64,000 nucleotides of DNA from Nitrospirales bacterium (GCA_965203295.1 CBDBCZ010000019.1:1984001-2048000); one strand, 5' to 3'; positions 30,420 to 41,221 are shown, counted from the stretch's first letter. The notes: a model not told the origin generated them from the letters alone. Translations and numbers: made by a program.

Positions 30420-31793
30420 CTAGGGATAGAGTTTGCTTAAGGGCACCTGCCCCAATAATTCATCGACACGGGGACTATACGCACAAAAAGGATCCATGCA
30501 CAGAATGGTTTCTTCCCAATATCCATTGAGCTTTAAATACGTCCAATCGACAGTGTACGAGCGATTCTTTGCCCTGGCAAATCGAATGAAATCTCCACGC
30601 ACTTTGGCCCTTGTCGATTGAGGCGGAACCGTCATCGCCCGTTCAATGGCCGTTTCATCAACGATCTTCGCGGTCTTATCACGATTCGCCAGAAAGTAAT
30701 ACAGGCCACGCTTTCGATTCACATCGTGATATTGTAAATCGATCATTTGGACACGAGGGTCTTCCCATCCACACCCTTTCACGTTGGCATACGATTGAAT
30801 TAACCACTTTTTCGTCACCCAATCGATCTCTCTGACCAACAACATGGGATCTTCCTTCAGTCTATCCAACACCCGTTCCCATTCTTTTAATATATCCTTT
30901 AGGATTTTTTCATGTGGTCGAGCTTGCAAGTATTCCACGGCCTGTTCCCAATACATTCGTTGAATTTCAAGAGCGGACAATTCTCGCCCGTCATCCAGCT
31001 TGACTCGCTTCTTCAATGTCGGATCTCGTGAAATATCCCTAATCGCTTTCACGGGGTCCTCTAGCTCAATGCCTGAAACAAAAAAATCATCCTCGATCAT
31101 CGACAAGACTAAGTCCGCCGTTCCCACTTTCAGGTAAATCGCGAACTCGGACATATTCGAATCCCCTAAAATGATGTGGAGTCGACGGTACCGTTCGGCA
31201 TCAGCATGGGGTTCATCTCTCGTATTGATAATACTTCGCGAAGACGTTGTCGATGAAGACGTCTTTTCATGAATGTGTTGCGCCCGTTGGGAAATAAAGT
31301 AATGCGGTTTCCCAGACACTTTGAGAACTTTGCCGGCTCCAGAGAAAATTTGCCTCGTCACAAAGAACGGTATCAGTTGCTCTGCGATCTTCCAGAAGTC
31401 GACATCTCGACGCATAAGAAAATTTTCATGCGAACCGTAGGTATTGCCTAGCGAATCAGTATTGTTCTTAAAGATAAAAATGTCTCCAGAAAGTCCTTCT
31501 TCCCTCAACCGTTCTTCCGCCGCCGGAAGGCAGGACTCCAAAATCCGTTCTCCAGCTTTCTCGTGCATGATCAGGTCAAAGAGATCATCACATTCCGGAG
31601 TCGAGTACTCGGGATGGCAGCCGGTGTCTTGATAGAACCGTGCTCCATTGGTCAAGAAAGCATTGGAGGGCCAACTATTAGGAATCAGCCCTTCAAAAAT
31701 ATAGCCTAATATTTTCTCTATAGGCAGATAGATTCGCCCATTGGGAGAAAAGGTCAGACCATATTCACATTCCAGTCCAAATATTCGCTTCAT
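30420..31793 (-). CDS. pafA: Pup--protein ligase
   Basis: RIFGLECEYG, NGARFYQDTGCHPEYSTPEC, SRSIINTRDEPHAD, RRLHIILGDSN and VDWTYLKLN. Confidence 0.95.
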   Translation of the reverse strand: MKRIFGLECEYGLTFSPNGRIYLPIEKILGYIFEGLIPNSWPSNAFLTNGARFYQDTGCHPEYSTPECDDLFDLIMHEKAGERILESCLPAAEERLREEGLSGDIFIFKNNTDSLGNTYGSHENFLMRRDVDFWKIAEQLIPFFVTRQIFSGAGKVLKVSGKPHYFISQRAQHIHEKTSSSTTSSRSIINTRDEPHADAERYRRLHIILGDSNMSEFAIYLKVGTADLVLSMIEDDFFVSGIELEDPVKAIRDISRDPTLKKRVKLDDGRELSALEIQRMYWEQAVEYLQARPHEKILKDILKEWERVLDRLKEDPMLLVREIDWVTKKWLIQSYANVKGCGWEDPRVQMIDLQYHDVNRKRGLYYFLANRDKTAKIVDETAIERAMTVPPQSTRAKVRGDFIRFARAKNRSYTVDWTYLKLNGYWEETILCMDPFCAYSPRVDELLGQVPLSKLYP

Positions 31794-31867
31794 ACTTTCA
31801 AAGTAGTTCTATACTGTTCCCAGCATACACATCCCATACTTGATCCTTCAACCTAAAGGAGAGAATT

Positions 31868-32560
31868 TTACTCAGAATGAGCAAGAAGGTCGGCAGATTC
31901 AGAATGCGAAATCCGCCGAAATTTCCGTTCCATTCGTGCCCGATCGAGGACTGCCACCTCAATGTCATCAAGAGGCACGGTTTGTTCAGAGATCGTTTCG
32001 AACGCACGAATGCAGCGAGAAAGGGCAATGCGAAGAGAGGGATATTCTTGGTTGACTTCTTTTCGAAGGGCCGTCAAGAGGTTTTCTGAACGCCCACCAA
32101 TAGCGACAAGCATTTGCTCGTGAAAAATTGTTCCATCAAACGAGATCCGATACAGTTCATTCCGCCCGGGTTGTTCGCCAACCTGAGCAACCAAAATTTC
32201 AACTTCATAGGGCTTCAGTTCTTGGCTAAAAATCGTCCCAAGAATCTGGGAATAGCCATTGGCCAGGGACCGTGCTGTCACATCTTCCCGGCTATACATA
32301 AACCCTTTAAGGTCCGCATGCTGGATTCCAGCCTTTCGAAGATTCTCAAACTCACTATATTTTCCTGCCCCTGAAAAGGCGATGTTGTCATAGATTTCTG
32401 AAATCTTAAACAGCGACGAACTGGGATTATCAGCGACAAATAACACCCCGCCGTCATATTCCATCGCAATAATCGAACGGCCTTTGGCGATGCCTTTCTT
32501 GGCATACTCAGCCTTATCCTGCATGAGTTGTTCAGGTGAAACGTAGTAGGGTAAGGTCAT
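31868..32560 (-). CDS. prcA: 20S proteasome alpha subunit
   Basis: MTLPYYVSPEQLMQDKAEYAKKGIAKGRS and KISEIYD. Confidence 0.96.
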   Translation of the reverse strand: MTLPYYVSPEQLMQDKAEYAKKGIAKGRSIIAMEYDGGVLFVADNPSSSLFKISEIYDNIAFSGAGKYSEFENLRKAGIQHADLKGFMYSREDVTARSLANGYSQILGTIFSQELKPYEVEILVAQVGEQPGRNELYRISFDGTIFHEQMLVAIGGRSENLLTALRKEVNQEYPSLRIALSRCIRAFETISEQTVPLDDIEVAVLDRARMERKFRRISHSESADLLAHSE

Positions 32561-32563
32561 TGG

Positions 32564-33400
32564 TTACCTGTTTTCCCGGCGAGCTTCGGCAAGCTCTCGG
32601 CACATGGCTTCAACTTGAGACTCTTCCATATCACGCACGCCGTCGGCATTGACAAATTTCACCGTGGGATAAATGTTTCGTAAAGGATCAGGGCCTCCGG
32701 TCCCCACATCTTCTTCAGCAGCATTGATGAGAGCTTGGAGCCCCACGATCGAAGCCTCGCCTTCCGGCATATTCTTCCGATACCGTTCTTTGATGATTAT
32801 ACGAGCATCTTTTCCGCCTGACCCAACTGAATGGTATTCGGTTTCTTCGTATCGTCCACCTGCAATATCGTATTTAAATATTCGTCCTTGCCCAAGTTTA
32901 TAATCAAATCCCACAAACAGCGGAATGACGACGAGCCCCTGAAGGACCATGGGAAGATTCGCCTTGATCATTTGCCCCAAGCGATTCGCCTTACCTTCAC
33001 AGGACAATTGCACTCCATCAAGTTTTTCATAATGCTCGAGTTCAATCCGAAATAATTTGGCCATTTCCACACACTGGCCTGCTGCCCCGGCGACCGCAAT
33101 AGCTGAATAGCTATCGGTTTTGAACACTTTATCCATCCGACGGGCAGCTACTTGAAATCCTTCTGTCGCTCTCCGATCCCCTGCAATGATCACACCTTTG
33201 TCATATCGAATGCCGAGGACTGTGGTTCCATGGGTCAAGGAGAGCAGATACTCTCTTCGAATTTCATCTGATGACAGCTGAGGCAATGGAGATGTTGCCC
33301 ACCGAGCTGCCGGCGCTAAATCAGGCCGCTCTTTTTGAAGAAAATCGAAAAAACTCGAATATTGATTAGGGGAGGGAAAGAACACGTGGACCAACTCCAA
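32564..33400 (-). CDS. prcB: 20S proteasome beta subunit with propeptide
   Basis: Propeptide SSFFDFL, HG/TTVLG autocleavage site, AGDRRAT and VGSGG. Confidence 0.96.
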   Translation of the reverse strand: MELVHVFFPSPNQYSSFFDFLQKERPDLAPAARWATSPLPQLSSDEIRREYLLSLTHGTTVLGIRYDKGVIIAGDRRATEGFQVAARRMDKVFKTDSYSAIAVAGAAGQCVEMAKLFRIELEHYEKLDGVQLSCEGKANRLGQMIKANLPMVLQGLVVIPLFVGFDYKLGQGRIFKYDIAGGRYEETEYHSVGSGGKDARIIIKERYRKNMPEGEASIVGLQALINAAEEDVGTGGPDPLRNIYPTVKFVNADGVRDMEESQVEAMCRELAEARRENR

Positions 33401-33466
33401 TTGACTATTTTAGAAAACGTGAGAGCACACGCTCATGCCTCACAGTCATCGTTCGATATTTCCATC

Positions 33467-34948
33467 TTAATTCACCAAACGTGCGACCAACTGGTCGGCT
33501 GTTTGCACACCATCTAACAACTCATTCGTCAGCACTTTCGTTCCTCTGAAAGGATCCATCAATGGGATACGCTTGACCGACGTATGACCCAGATCAAACA
33601 ACACAGATGTCCAACTCATGCCATACACGGCTTCTGGGAATTGTTTCAAACAAGCCCCGCGGAAATAAGCTCTCGTATCTGTTGGGGCTGCAAACTCGGC
33701 TTTCGCTATGTCCTCTGGTTGCAGCAATCGTTGAATTCGATTACTCCGCTCGAGGGTATAATACAGCCCTTTATTGGGACGTATATCATGATACTGCAAG
33801 TCCAACATGTGGGCTCGGGGGTCCTCCCACCCGCATCCTTTGTGATCAATATAGGACTGAATTAATTGTTGCTTGGCCACCCAATCCAACGCTCCACTCA
33901 ACTGGATGGGATCTTGTTCGAGTTTATCCAGAACCATTTCCCACTGCACAAGCACATCCTTGGTTTGGGGAGAACAGGCATGGCAGGCAAAAAAATCATG
34001 CGCGGTTTTCAGGTATTCACGCTGAATGGCAATGGCCTTGCTTGATTTCCCATCCACCAGCTTCAGATCAGCTGTCACGCTCAAATCCCTGGACACCGTT
34101 TTCATGGCCCTGACAGGGTCTTCTATTTCTATTGTTGGAAAATCGACTCCTTCCTCTAGCATCTGAACCACGAGTGCCGTTGTTCCGACTTTCAAATATG
34201 TGGAGAGTTCGGCCATATTAGCATCACCCACGATCACATGCAGTCTTCGGAAGCGTGTGGGATCAGCATGTGGTTCGTCACGGGTATTGATGATCGGCCG
34301 CTTTACCATGGTATTTAAATCAACCAAACATTCAAAAAAGTCTGCGCGTTGAGAAATTTGGTACGCCTTCGGTAGTGCCGAATTTTCAGAACCAACTTTT
34401 CCGGAGCCCGTAAATATTTGACGAGTGACAAAAAAAGGCAAAAGAACCCGAATGATGGTATCAAAAGGAACCACACGCGAAAGCAAGTAGTTTTCGTGGT
34501 ATCCATAACTATTGCCTTTGCCATCCGAGTTGTTCTTGTATAAGCAAAATTTTCCTGACCCAACGGTTTGATTCAGGGCATCAAGGCACGCTGCAGCCAC
34601 TAATTCCCCAGCCCGTTCATACGCGACCAATTCCAGAGCATTGCTACATTCCGGTGTGGAATATTCAGGATGGGCTCCATCCACATACAACCGTCCAGCA
34701 TTGGGGAGCAGTCTATTGAGAAGCCGGTTATACTCGGGACCGGGACGTTCCCGTTCACCTTCCACTTCAAATCCACGTGCGTCTAGCAGAGGATTTTCAT
34801 TTTCGTAATCCCAAATACCCTGTGGAGCAGTGAGAAAGGGGTAGTAGCTAATTAATTGGAGGGAGTTGGAAACGGGATCTGCACATTGTGGGTCCCGTGA
34901 GGAAATACCAAACTCTGTTTCTGTGCCCACAATACGTTGCAAGCGCAC
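33467..34948 (-). CDS. dop: Depupylase/deamidase Dop
   Basis: GTETEFG, WDYENENPLLDARGF, RLYVDGAHPEYSTPE, KRPIINTRDEPHAD and RLHVIVGDAN. Confidence 0.95.
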   Translation of the reverse strand: MRLQRIVGTETEFGISSRDPQCADPVSNSLQLISYYPFLTAPQGIWDYENENPLLDARGFEVEGERERPGPEYNRLLNRLLPNAGRLYVDGAHPEYSTPECSNALELVAYERAGELVAAACLDALNQTVGSGKFCLYKNNSDGKGNSYGYHENYLLSRVVPFDTIIRVLLPFFVTRQIFTGSGKVGSENSALPKAYQISQRADFFECLVDLNTMVKRPIINTRDEPHADPTRFRRLHVIVGDANMAELSTYLKVGTTALVVQMLEEGVDFPTIEIEDPVRAMKTVSRDLSVTADLKLVDGKSSKAIAIQREYLKTAHDFFACHACSPQTKDVLVQWEMVLDKLEQDPIQLSGALDWVAKQQLIQSYIDHKGCGWEDPRAHMLDLQYHDIRPNKGLYYTLERSNRIQRLLQPEDIAKAEFAAPTDTRAYFRGACLKQFPEAVYGMSWTSVLFDLGHTSVKRIPLMDPFRGTKVLTNELLDGVQTADQLVARLVN

Positions 34949-34980
34949 CTCATCATTGGACTGGGTCTCAGTTTAACAGA

Positions 34981-36669
34981 TCAGAAATAATGACCTGGGC
35001 TGACGGTTTCAATTTCTTTTGATTCTTCAGAGCCGCCGGTCAACGTTCTGACGTGAACGATCTTTTCGCCCTTTTTCCCCGCAATGCGTGCCCAGTCATC
35101 AGGATTGGTCGTATTGGGCAAATCCTCATGGGCTTTAAACTCATCTCGGATGGCTTTGAGAAGGTCCTCATCTTTGATTCCTTTTTCGCCCGTTCCAATA
35201 GTCCGTTTGATAGCAGCCTTTTTGGCTCGAGAGACAACACTTTCAATAAGCGCACCACTTGAAAAATCTTTAAAGTACAACACTTCCTTTTCCCCATTCT
35301 CGTAGGTGACCTCTAAAAACCGATTGTCTTCCGACAGGGCATACATCGAATCCACGGTGATATCAATAAGGTGTGCCGTATACGCCTGCACCTCTCCACC
35401 AAGCCTGTTCACTTCTTTTTTATTATACGGCAAATCCACAACAACATATTTTCCGAAAATATCTTTTGCCGAAGTTTTATCCGGTCGTGGAATCTTAATC
35501 TTGACATCCAATCGTCCTGGCCTCAGGACGGCAGGGTCAATCAAGTCTTGGCGATTACTCGCTCCAATCACAATCACGTTGCGTAAGCTCTCTACCCCAT
35601 CAATTTCAGAAAGGAACTGTGGAACAATGGTGGATTCGATATCCGAGGAAATGCCACTCCCACGGGTTCGAAACAACGCATCCATTTCATCAAAAAAGAC
35701 CATGACCGGATTGCCGGTCGCGGCCTTATCTCTGGCTTTGACGAACACTTCCCTGATATGGCGTTCCGACTCCCCGACGTACTTGTTCAGCAACTCGGGT
35801 CCTTTCACATGAAGAAAATAGCTGCGCACGTCTTTGCCAGAGAGATGCTTCAATTTCTTGGCAATTGAATTGGCAACAGCTTTGGCTATCAGCGTCTTGC
35901 CACAACCCGGAGGCCCATAGAGGAGCACGCCCTTGGGAGGAGTGAGTTTATGCTCCGCAAACAATTCAGGATATAAGAAAGGGAGTTCAACCGCATCGGT
36001 CATTTGTTCCACTTCTTTTTCCAAACCACCCACATCCTCGTAACTCACATCTGGGACTTCATCGATCACCAATTCCTCGATTTCCGATTTCGGAAGCTTT
36101 TCCATTACGTATCCCGAGCGTATATCAAAAAGAAGATGATCGCCAACGCTCAGTCGTTCATTCATCAAAGGTTCCCCCAGCTCGACGACCCGCTCCTCAT
36201 CATGATGAAGCTGCACCAGCACTCTCATCTCGTCAAGGGTATCCTTCAGCCTGACAACCTGGCCTTGTGGGTCAAAACCACGTATCTCAATGATATTCAA
36301 GGCCTCATTTAAAATCACTTCCTGTCCTTTTCGTAAGCCTTCTCCAGAGATTGACGAATGCACGCTGACACGCATTTTTCGGCCCGACACATACACATTG
36401 GCTGTATCATCAGAGTTCAGGCTAGAAAAGAGGGCATAGGAGGATGGGGGAGCCGTTAATTTTTCAATTTCAGTCTTGAGAGATTGGATTTGCGTTTTTG
36501 CCTCTTGCAAGCTCGCGGAAAGGCGTTCGTTCTGCTTGAGTGTTTGTTGAAGCTTCAACTTCGTGTCATATAACCCACGCATTTCCTGCTCGAGAGACTG
36601 GAGCTCTTCGCGCAGTTTCTCAAGTTCGCGGGAAGGATCTTCTTGCTTACGAAATCCCATAACAAGCAC
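34981..36669 (-). CDS. arc: Proteasome ATPase ARC/Mpa
   Basis: Coiled coil plus OB domains, [37 protein letters not shown] and C-terminal GHYF (HbYX-like). Confidence 0.96.
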   Translation of the reverse strand: MLVMGFRKQEDPSRELEKLREELQSLEQEMRGLYDTKLKLQQTLKQNERLSASLQEAKTQIQSLKTEIEKLTAPPSSYALFSSLNSDDTANVYVSGRKMRVSVHSSISGEGLRKGQEVILNEALNIIEIRGFDPQGQVVRLKDTLDEMRVLVQLHHDEERVVELGEPLMNERLSVGDHLLFDIRSGYVMEKLPKSEIEELVIDEVPDVSYEDVGGLEKEVEQMTDAVELPFLYPELFAEHKLTPPKGVLLYGPPGCGKTLIAKAVANSIAKKLKHLSGKDVRSYFLHVKGPELLNKYVGESERHIREVFVKARDKAATGNPVMVFFDEMDALFRTRGSGISSDIESTIVPQFLSEIDGVESLRNVIVIGASNRQDLIDPAVLRPGRLDVKIKIPRPDKTSAKDIFGKYVVVDLPYNKKEVNRLGGEVQAYTAHLIDITVDSMYALSEDNRFLEVTYENGEKEVLYFKDFSSGALIESVVSRAKKAAIKRTIGTGEKGIKDEDLLKAIRDEFKAHEDLPNTTNPDDWARIAGKKGEKIVHVRTLTGGSEESKEIETVSPGHYF

Positions 36670-36823
36670 TACTCAATTCAGGACATGTACGTGTGAAGAA
36701 CAGTAATGAATAAGGGTCTGTGGGATATTATAACAACATGATTTGGTTCAGTTTCTTCTGTCGCGATGACGTGCTTCTCATTCTGGGGATTCAATACTGA
36801 CGAATCTATTCAAAACACAAGAA

Positions 36824-36853
36824 ATTTTAGCACCCGTTTTCAGAAAGGGTCAA
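36824..36853 (-). promoter_or_regulatory. Sigma70-type promoter upstream of arc
   Basis: TTGACC-N18-TAAAAT with an extended TG; a second TGTTATAAT at 36727-36735. Confidence 0.55.
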
Positions 36854-36892
36854 CCTATGTTTCGTCGGAACACACAGTAAACTGCCCCACAT

Positions 36893-37528
36893 CTACTCAC
36901 GATTGTCTACGGAAAGAGCATGAAGAAAATCTTGAGTTGCGGAAGCGACGCATTCACTATCCAGGATAGAGGAGACAACCGCCACTCCATAGGCACCAGC
37001 TTGTTTCACCTCGGACACTCGTAAGGGATTGATTCCCCCGATGGCAAAAATTGGAATTTGACACCGACGGCAGGCCTTCTCCAGAACTTGAATGCCAAGG
37101 GGAGGGCCGTAGGATCGCTTTGATACCGTATCATAAATTGGCCCCAACACGACAAAGTCGCCCCCTTCATCTTCTGCTTGAATGGTTTCTTCGATCGAAT
37201 GAGTCGAACGCCCTACTAACTTTCCCGACCCTAGCAACTGACGAGCTTGTTTGACAGGCAGACTATCCGCTCTCAAATGGACTCCATCCATTTCAAGCGC
37301 GAGAGCGATATCCACACGATCATTAATTAAAAACGGCGATTGCCGATTTTGCATGAGGGGACGAATGTCTTGCAGAAGAGACACAAGAGAACGTGTGTCC
37401 AAATCTTTCTCACGCAATTGGATCATGACCTGACCCACTGACAGCACTTCGCCCAAAATGGTGGGCAGGTCTCGCCCTTTGGTTTGATGACGATCGGAAA
37501 TCAGGAAGAGAGGCGGAAGCATCGCCAT
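36893..37528 (-). CDS. thiE: Thiamine-phosphate synthase (ThiE/TenI family)
   Basis: IQLREK, INDRVDIA, GVHL, GRSTHS and FAIGGI. Confidence 0.88.
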   Translation of the reverse strand: MAMLPPLFLISDRHQTKGRDLPTILGEVLSVGQVMIQLREKDLDTRSLVSLLQDIRPLMQNRQSPFLINDRVDIALALEMDGVHLRADSLPVKQARQLLGSGKLVGRSTHSIEETIQAEDEGGDFVVLGPIYDTVSKRSYGPPLGIQVLEKACRRCQIPIFAIGGINPLRVSEVKQAGAYGVAVVSSILDSECVASATQDFLHALSVDNRE

Positions 37529-37538
37529 GCAACAGGCG

Positions 37539-38324
37539 TTACAGCATCCCCTCTATGGGACTGCTGGCTGTTGCATACAATTTTCTCGGGATCCTTCCCG
37601 CCTTATAAGCTAGCCTCCCTGCATCAATCGCATACCTCATAGCTTCCGCCATCATAATGGGATGTTGAGCTCCGGCAATGGCGGTATTCATGAGCACAGC
37701 ATCCGCACCGTATTCCATGGCTAACGCCGCATCCGAAGCTGTTCCCACTCCTGCATCCACAATGATTGGAACTTTGACAGTTTCTAAGATGATCTTTAAG
37801 TTGTAGGGGTTTCGAATGCCCAACCCAGAGCCAATAGGGGCCGCCAACGGCATAACCGCCGGACATCCTACATCGACTAACTTTTGAGCCACAATGGGAT
37901 CGTCGTTCGTATAGGGTAAAACAACAAACCCCTCCTTGACCAGGATTTTTGCGGCTTCAATTAACCTAGCGGTATCAGGAAAAAGCGTCTGTTCGTCCCC
38001 AATGACTTCAAGTTTAACCAAGTCGGACACCCCTGCAGCTCTGGCTAGTCGAGCATATCGAAGAGCATCCTCAACCGAGTAACACCCGGCGGTATTCGGG
38101 AGGATCGTATACTTTTGAGGATCTATATAATCGAGAAGATTTTCAGTATTCCGGTCTATAATATTCACTCGTCGAACAGCCACCGTGACCACATCGGCTC
38201 CAGAAGCCTCAATGGCCTTTTGAGTTTCTACAAAATCCTTATACTTTCCGGTCCCTACCCATAGTCGGGATCGAAATTCTCTTCCGGCAATTATCAAGCG
38301 ATCATTCGTCATATCGATACTCAT
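37539..38324 (-). CDS. thiG: Thiazole synthase
   Basis: [33 protein letters not shown] and ASSP. Confidence 0.97.
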   Translation of the reverse strand: MSIDMTNDRLIIAGREFRSRLWVGTGKYKDFVETQKAIEASGADVVTVAVRRVNIIDRNTENLLDYIDPQKYTILPNTAGCYSVEDALRYARLARAAGVSDLVKLEVIGDEQTLFPDTARLIEAAKILVKEGFVVLPYTNDDPIVAQKLVDVGCPAVMPLAAPIGSGLGIRNPYNLKIILETVKVPIIVDAGVGTASDAALAMEYGADAVLMNTAIAGAQHPIMMAEAMRYAIDAGRLAYKAGRIPRKLYATASSPIEGML

Positions 38325-38334
38325 AAAATGAACG

Positions 38335-38535
38335 CTATCCTCCTCCGATGAAACTCATGATCTCGATGCGGTCACCTTCCTGAAGTTGATACCCCTCAAA
38401 ATCGTCCCGTTCCACTATATGAAGGTTGACCTCCACAGCCACTTGATCAGGGCGAATGACTAACTCTCTTAGAAGATCGATGACAGTTGGACGCCCCTCT
38501 AACGTTCGCTCTTCTCCATTAATATGAAGTTGCAT
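38335..38535 (-). CDS. thiS: Sulfur carrier protein ThiS
   Basis: [24 protein letters not shown]-terminus; adjacent to thiG. Confidence 0.95.
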   Translation of the reverse strand: MQLHINGEERTLEGRPTVIDLLRELVIRPDQVAVEVNLHIVERDDFEGYQLQEGDRIEIMSFIGGG

Positions 38536-38878
38536 TTCTTGCGAATTTCTCAAGCCAGCTGTCGCGTTTTTCCCTACACATTCACAATTTTTTAAATATC
38601 CAATCTGTAGATCTCATCCTACGAGAGCCCTCAAACACTTGTCAATAAAATCGATTTTCCTCAAATGCTCTTCATCTATCCCTCGGGTTCCCCTCAACAA
38701 TCCTAGAAGGGGATCTTCCTTGAAGACGTCATGAGACAATGACAAAGAGGGAAGACTTGCACGCAAAGAGTCTTCATCATGGGATAAAAACGCTCTTCAC
38801 CGTTTTTTCCTCTTGACCAGACCCCTCAGACTTCCATAAAAAGACCTCTATTCATCTATTCACCATTCATTCAAACCC

Positions 38879-39355
38879 ATGCTCGCTCAGAATACAAACC
38901 TTGCGAATTTGTTTCTGTCCATTGGTGAACTCCTCAAGACTCAAGGGGCCAACACCTATAGGATGCAGGCCTATCGACGAGCCGCTGACACCATTTCAGC
39001 TCTTCGAGAGCCGATTAAGGAAATCGCCTCTCGTGGTGAACTTGAATCCCTCCCTGGCATTGGGAAAGACTTATCTCGAAAGATTCAAGAGTACCTTGAA
39101 ACCGGAACCATTCAGACCTATGAAGAGCTCAAAAAACCTTTACCTTCGGAAATTCTCGCCTGGGCCAAGCTTCCTGGGTTCTCAGAACCTCTGGTCAATG
39201 ATTTATACTTTAGACTAGGGATCCGAACTCTAGACGATTTGGAAATGTTGACACGATCTCATATGCTTCGAACTAAACCTGGCATCGCAGAATCTACTGA
39301 TGATCTCTTGAAAGCCATCCAAGCCTTACGTGAGAACACCTTGACCGCCTCCTGA
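38879..39355 (+). CDS. Stand-alone PolX N-terminal helix-hairpin-helix module (no polymerase palm or PHP domain)
   Basis: NTYRMQAYRRAA, LPGIGKDLSRKIQEYLETG and LGIRTLDDL. Confidence 0.8.
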   Translation: MLAQNTNLANLFLSIGELLKTQGANTYRMQAYRRAADTISALREPIKEIASRGELESLPGIGKDLSRKIQEYLETGTIQTYEELKKPLPSEILAWAKLPGFSEPLVNDLYFRLGIRTLDDLEMLTRSHMLRTKPGIAESTDDLLKAIQALRENTLTAS

Positions 39356-39445
39356 AGATTTCCTATCCTCAAGCATGGCCATCAGGCAATGTTTGCAACG
39401 ACAATTTTCTATCTAGATCACACTTGGAAATAAGGGGGATCAGTC

Positions 39446-39682
39446 ATGGCAGTATCCGCGTTTATTTTCATTGATGTTGCAGGAGACCATACCAAAAGTG
39501 CTTACAAAACCATCACCCGAGTTGATGGTGTCAAAGTGGTGTGGTCGGTGACTGGACCGTACGACCTTATCGCACAGGTTGAGGCAGAAACCATCGAGGA
39601 ATTAATGGGTGGGGTCCTTTCCCGCATTCGAGAAGTGGATGGAATCACCAAAACGTCAACAGCCATCACCATAAGACTTTAG
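39446..39682 (+). CDS. Stand-alone Lrp/AsnC ligand-binding (RAM) domain protein
   Basis: VTGPYDLIA..IREVDGITKTST; no HTH. Confidence 0.85.
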   Translation: MAVSAFIFIDVAGDHTKSAYKTITRVDGVKVVWSVTGPYDLIAQVEAETIEELMGGVLSRIREVDGITKTSTAITIRL

Positions 39683-39889
39683 GGATGGGCTCAAACATTT
39701 CAAGGGGTCTTAACTTTTGACGTAAAATTCTAGAAAGGTAGAGTCAGCCCAAAAGGCCATGATTTTTTAACTGAGACCGTAGCTGTGACAAAAAGAGGGA
39801 CGCCATCTCCCCTCTCTTATGGATTGGATGTTTGAAGAGATCGCTTGTTCTCTTGACTGTTCAGTGGCCGAATTGAATTTGCTGTGGGC

Positions 39890-41221
39890 TTAATGTGGCT
39901 CTAATTCTTTGAACACCTTCCAGGTCTTGAGCAATTCAATAGCTTTCTGCAATTGAACATCTTTGCGAACCTGAGGATCCTCTTTAACAGAACCGGCCTC
40001 GCTCGAATTTCCTGATCCTTCAGACTCCCGCTTGCTTGCCGTTCCAGGAGATATCTCCCCTGAGGAAGCCGCAGTCTTTTCATCGGCTGCAGCTATTGCT
40101 TTTGCGACAGTCACCGGTTTCATCTCGACAACGATATCCGGTTTCACCCCTATCGAATGAATGGACTCTCCTCGGGGCGTGTAGTACTTCGCCGTCGTCA
40201 ACCGGAGTCCAGATCCATCGGTCAAAGGCAAAATGGTTTGAACTGAACCCTTCCCAAAGGTAGTGGTTCCGATGATCACAGCCTTTCCCCAATCCTGCAT
40301 CGCAGCGGCGACAATCTCGGAGGCACTAGCTGATCCCTTGTTCACCAAAACGATCATCGGATAATCCTCCCGTGCGCTGTTGATCCGAGCTCGATATTCG
40401 TCTTTTCGGTCATTCCTGCCTTTAATGCTTACAACCAATTTATCAGGCTCTAAAAACTGCTCGGACACTCCGACAGCAGCTGTCAATAATCCTCCAGGGT
40501 TGTTTCGAAGGTCTAAGACCAGAGCCTGCATGTCTTGTTCACGAAGGTCGGCAAGGGCTTTCTCCAAATCATCAGGCGTGGATTCTTGAAATTGCGAAAT
40601 TCGAACATACCCTATTCGGTCATCGAGAATTTTTTTTCGAACACTTTTAATTTTGATGATATCCCTGACGATCGTAATGACAATAGGCTCGGGAGATCCT
40701 TCTCGTAGAATGGTGAGATTCACTTTGGTTCCCCTGGGCCCACGCATATGCTGAACAGCTTCCATCAGGGTTAAATCCTTCGTCAATTTCTCATCAACTT
40801 TGGCAATAATATCCTCTGCCTCAATTCCAGCTCGATACGCAGGGGTATCTTCAATCGGAGCAATGACGGTCAAACGCTGATCTTTGACTCCAATTTGAAT
40901 TCCCAGTCCGCCGAATTCTCCCTTGGTTTCAACCTGCATTTCCTTGTACATATCCGGAGTCATATAAGAGGAGTGAGGATCCAAGGTTGCCAACATGCCT
41001 CGAACCGCTCCATGCACTAATTCTTTCGTCTCCGTTTTGTCGACGTAATGCATTTTCACTTGGTGAAGCACATCCGCAAAAATTTTCATCTCTTCATAGG
41101 ATTCGCTCGCATGCCCTGGACGCTCCCATCCTTTTCCAATCAGAAATCCGGCAAGCAACGTCGAGAGGACGAGCAAACCTGAAAACCAAATAACTGAATT
41201 TCGTTTTTGTTCCATGTTCAT
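39890..41221 (-). CDS. ctpA: S41 carboxyl-terminal protease
   Basis: LDPHS, GEFGGLGI, DLRNNPGG, SASASEI and TFGKGSVQ. Confidence 0.95.
   Translation of the reverse strand: MNMEQKRNSVIWFSGLLVLSTLLAGFLIGKGWERPGHASESYEEMKIFADVLHQVKMHYVDKTETKELVHGAVRGMLATLDPHSSYMTPDMYKEMQVETKGEFGGLGIQIGVKDQRLTVIAPIEDTPAYRAGIEAEDIIAKVDEKLTKDLTLMEAVQHMRGPRGTKVNLTILREGSPEPIVITIVRDIIKIKSVRKKILDDRIGYVRISQFQESTPDDLEKALADLREQDMQALVLDLRNNPGGLLTAAVGVSEQFLEPDKLVVSIKGRNDRKDEYRARINSAREDYPMIVLVNKGSASASEIVAAAMQDWGKAVIIGTTTFGKGSVQTILPLTDGSGLRLTTAKYYTPRGESIHSIGVKPDIVVEMKPVTVAKAIAAADEKTAASSGEISPGTASKRESEGSGNSSEAGSVKEDPQVRKDVQLQKAIELLKTWKVFKELEPH

Noticed and set aside
33401..33466. Hidden pup in the dop-prcB gap or overlapping frames
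   Set aside because: Only 10- and 14-codon minus-strand ORFs (MEISNDDCEA*, MTVRHERVLSRFLK*), with no GGE/GGQ terminus.
38540..38870. TPP riboswitch upstream of thiS
   Set aside because: Only fragments (GATGAGA, GTGTAGGGA) are present; the CTGAGA...ACCTGA core is absent.
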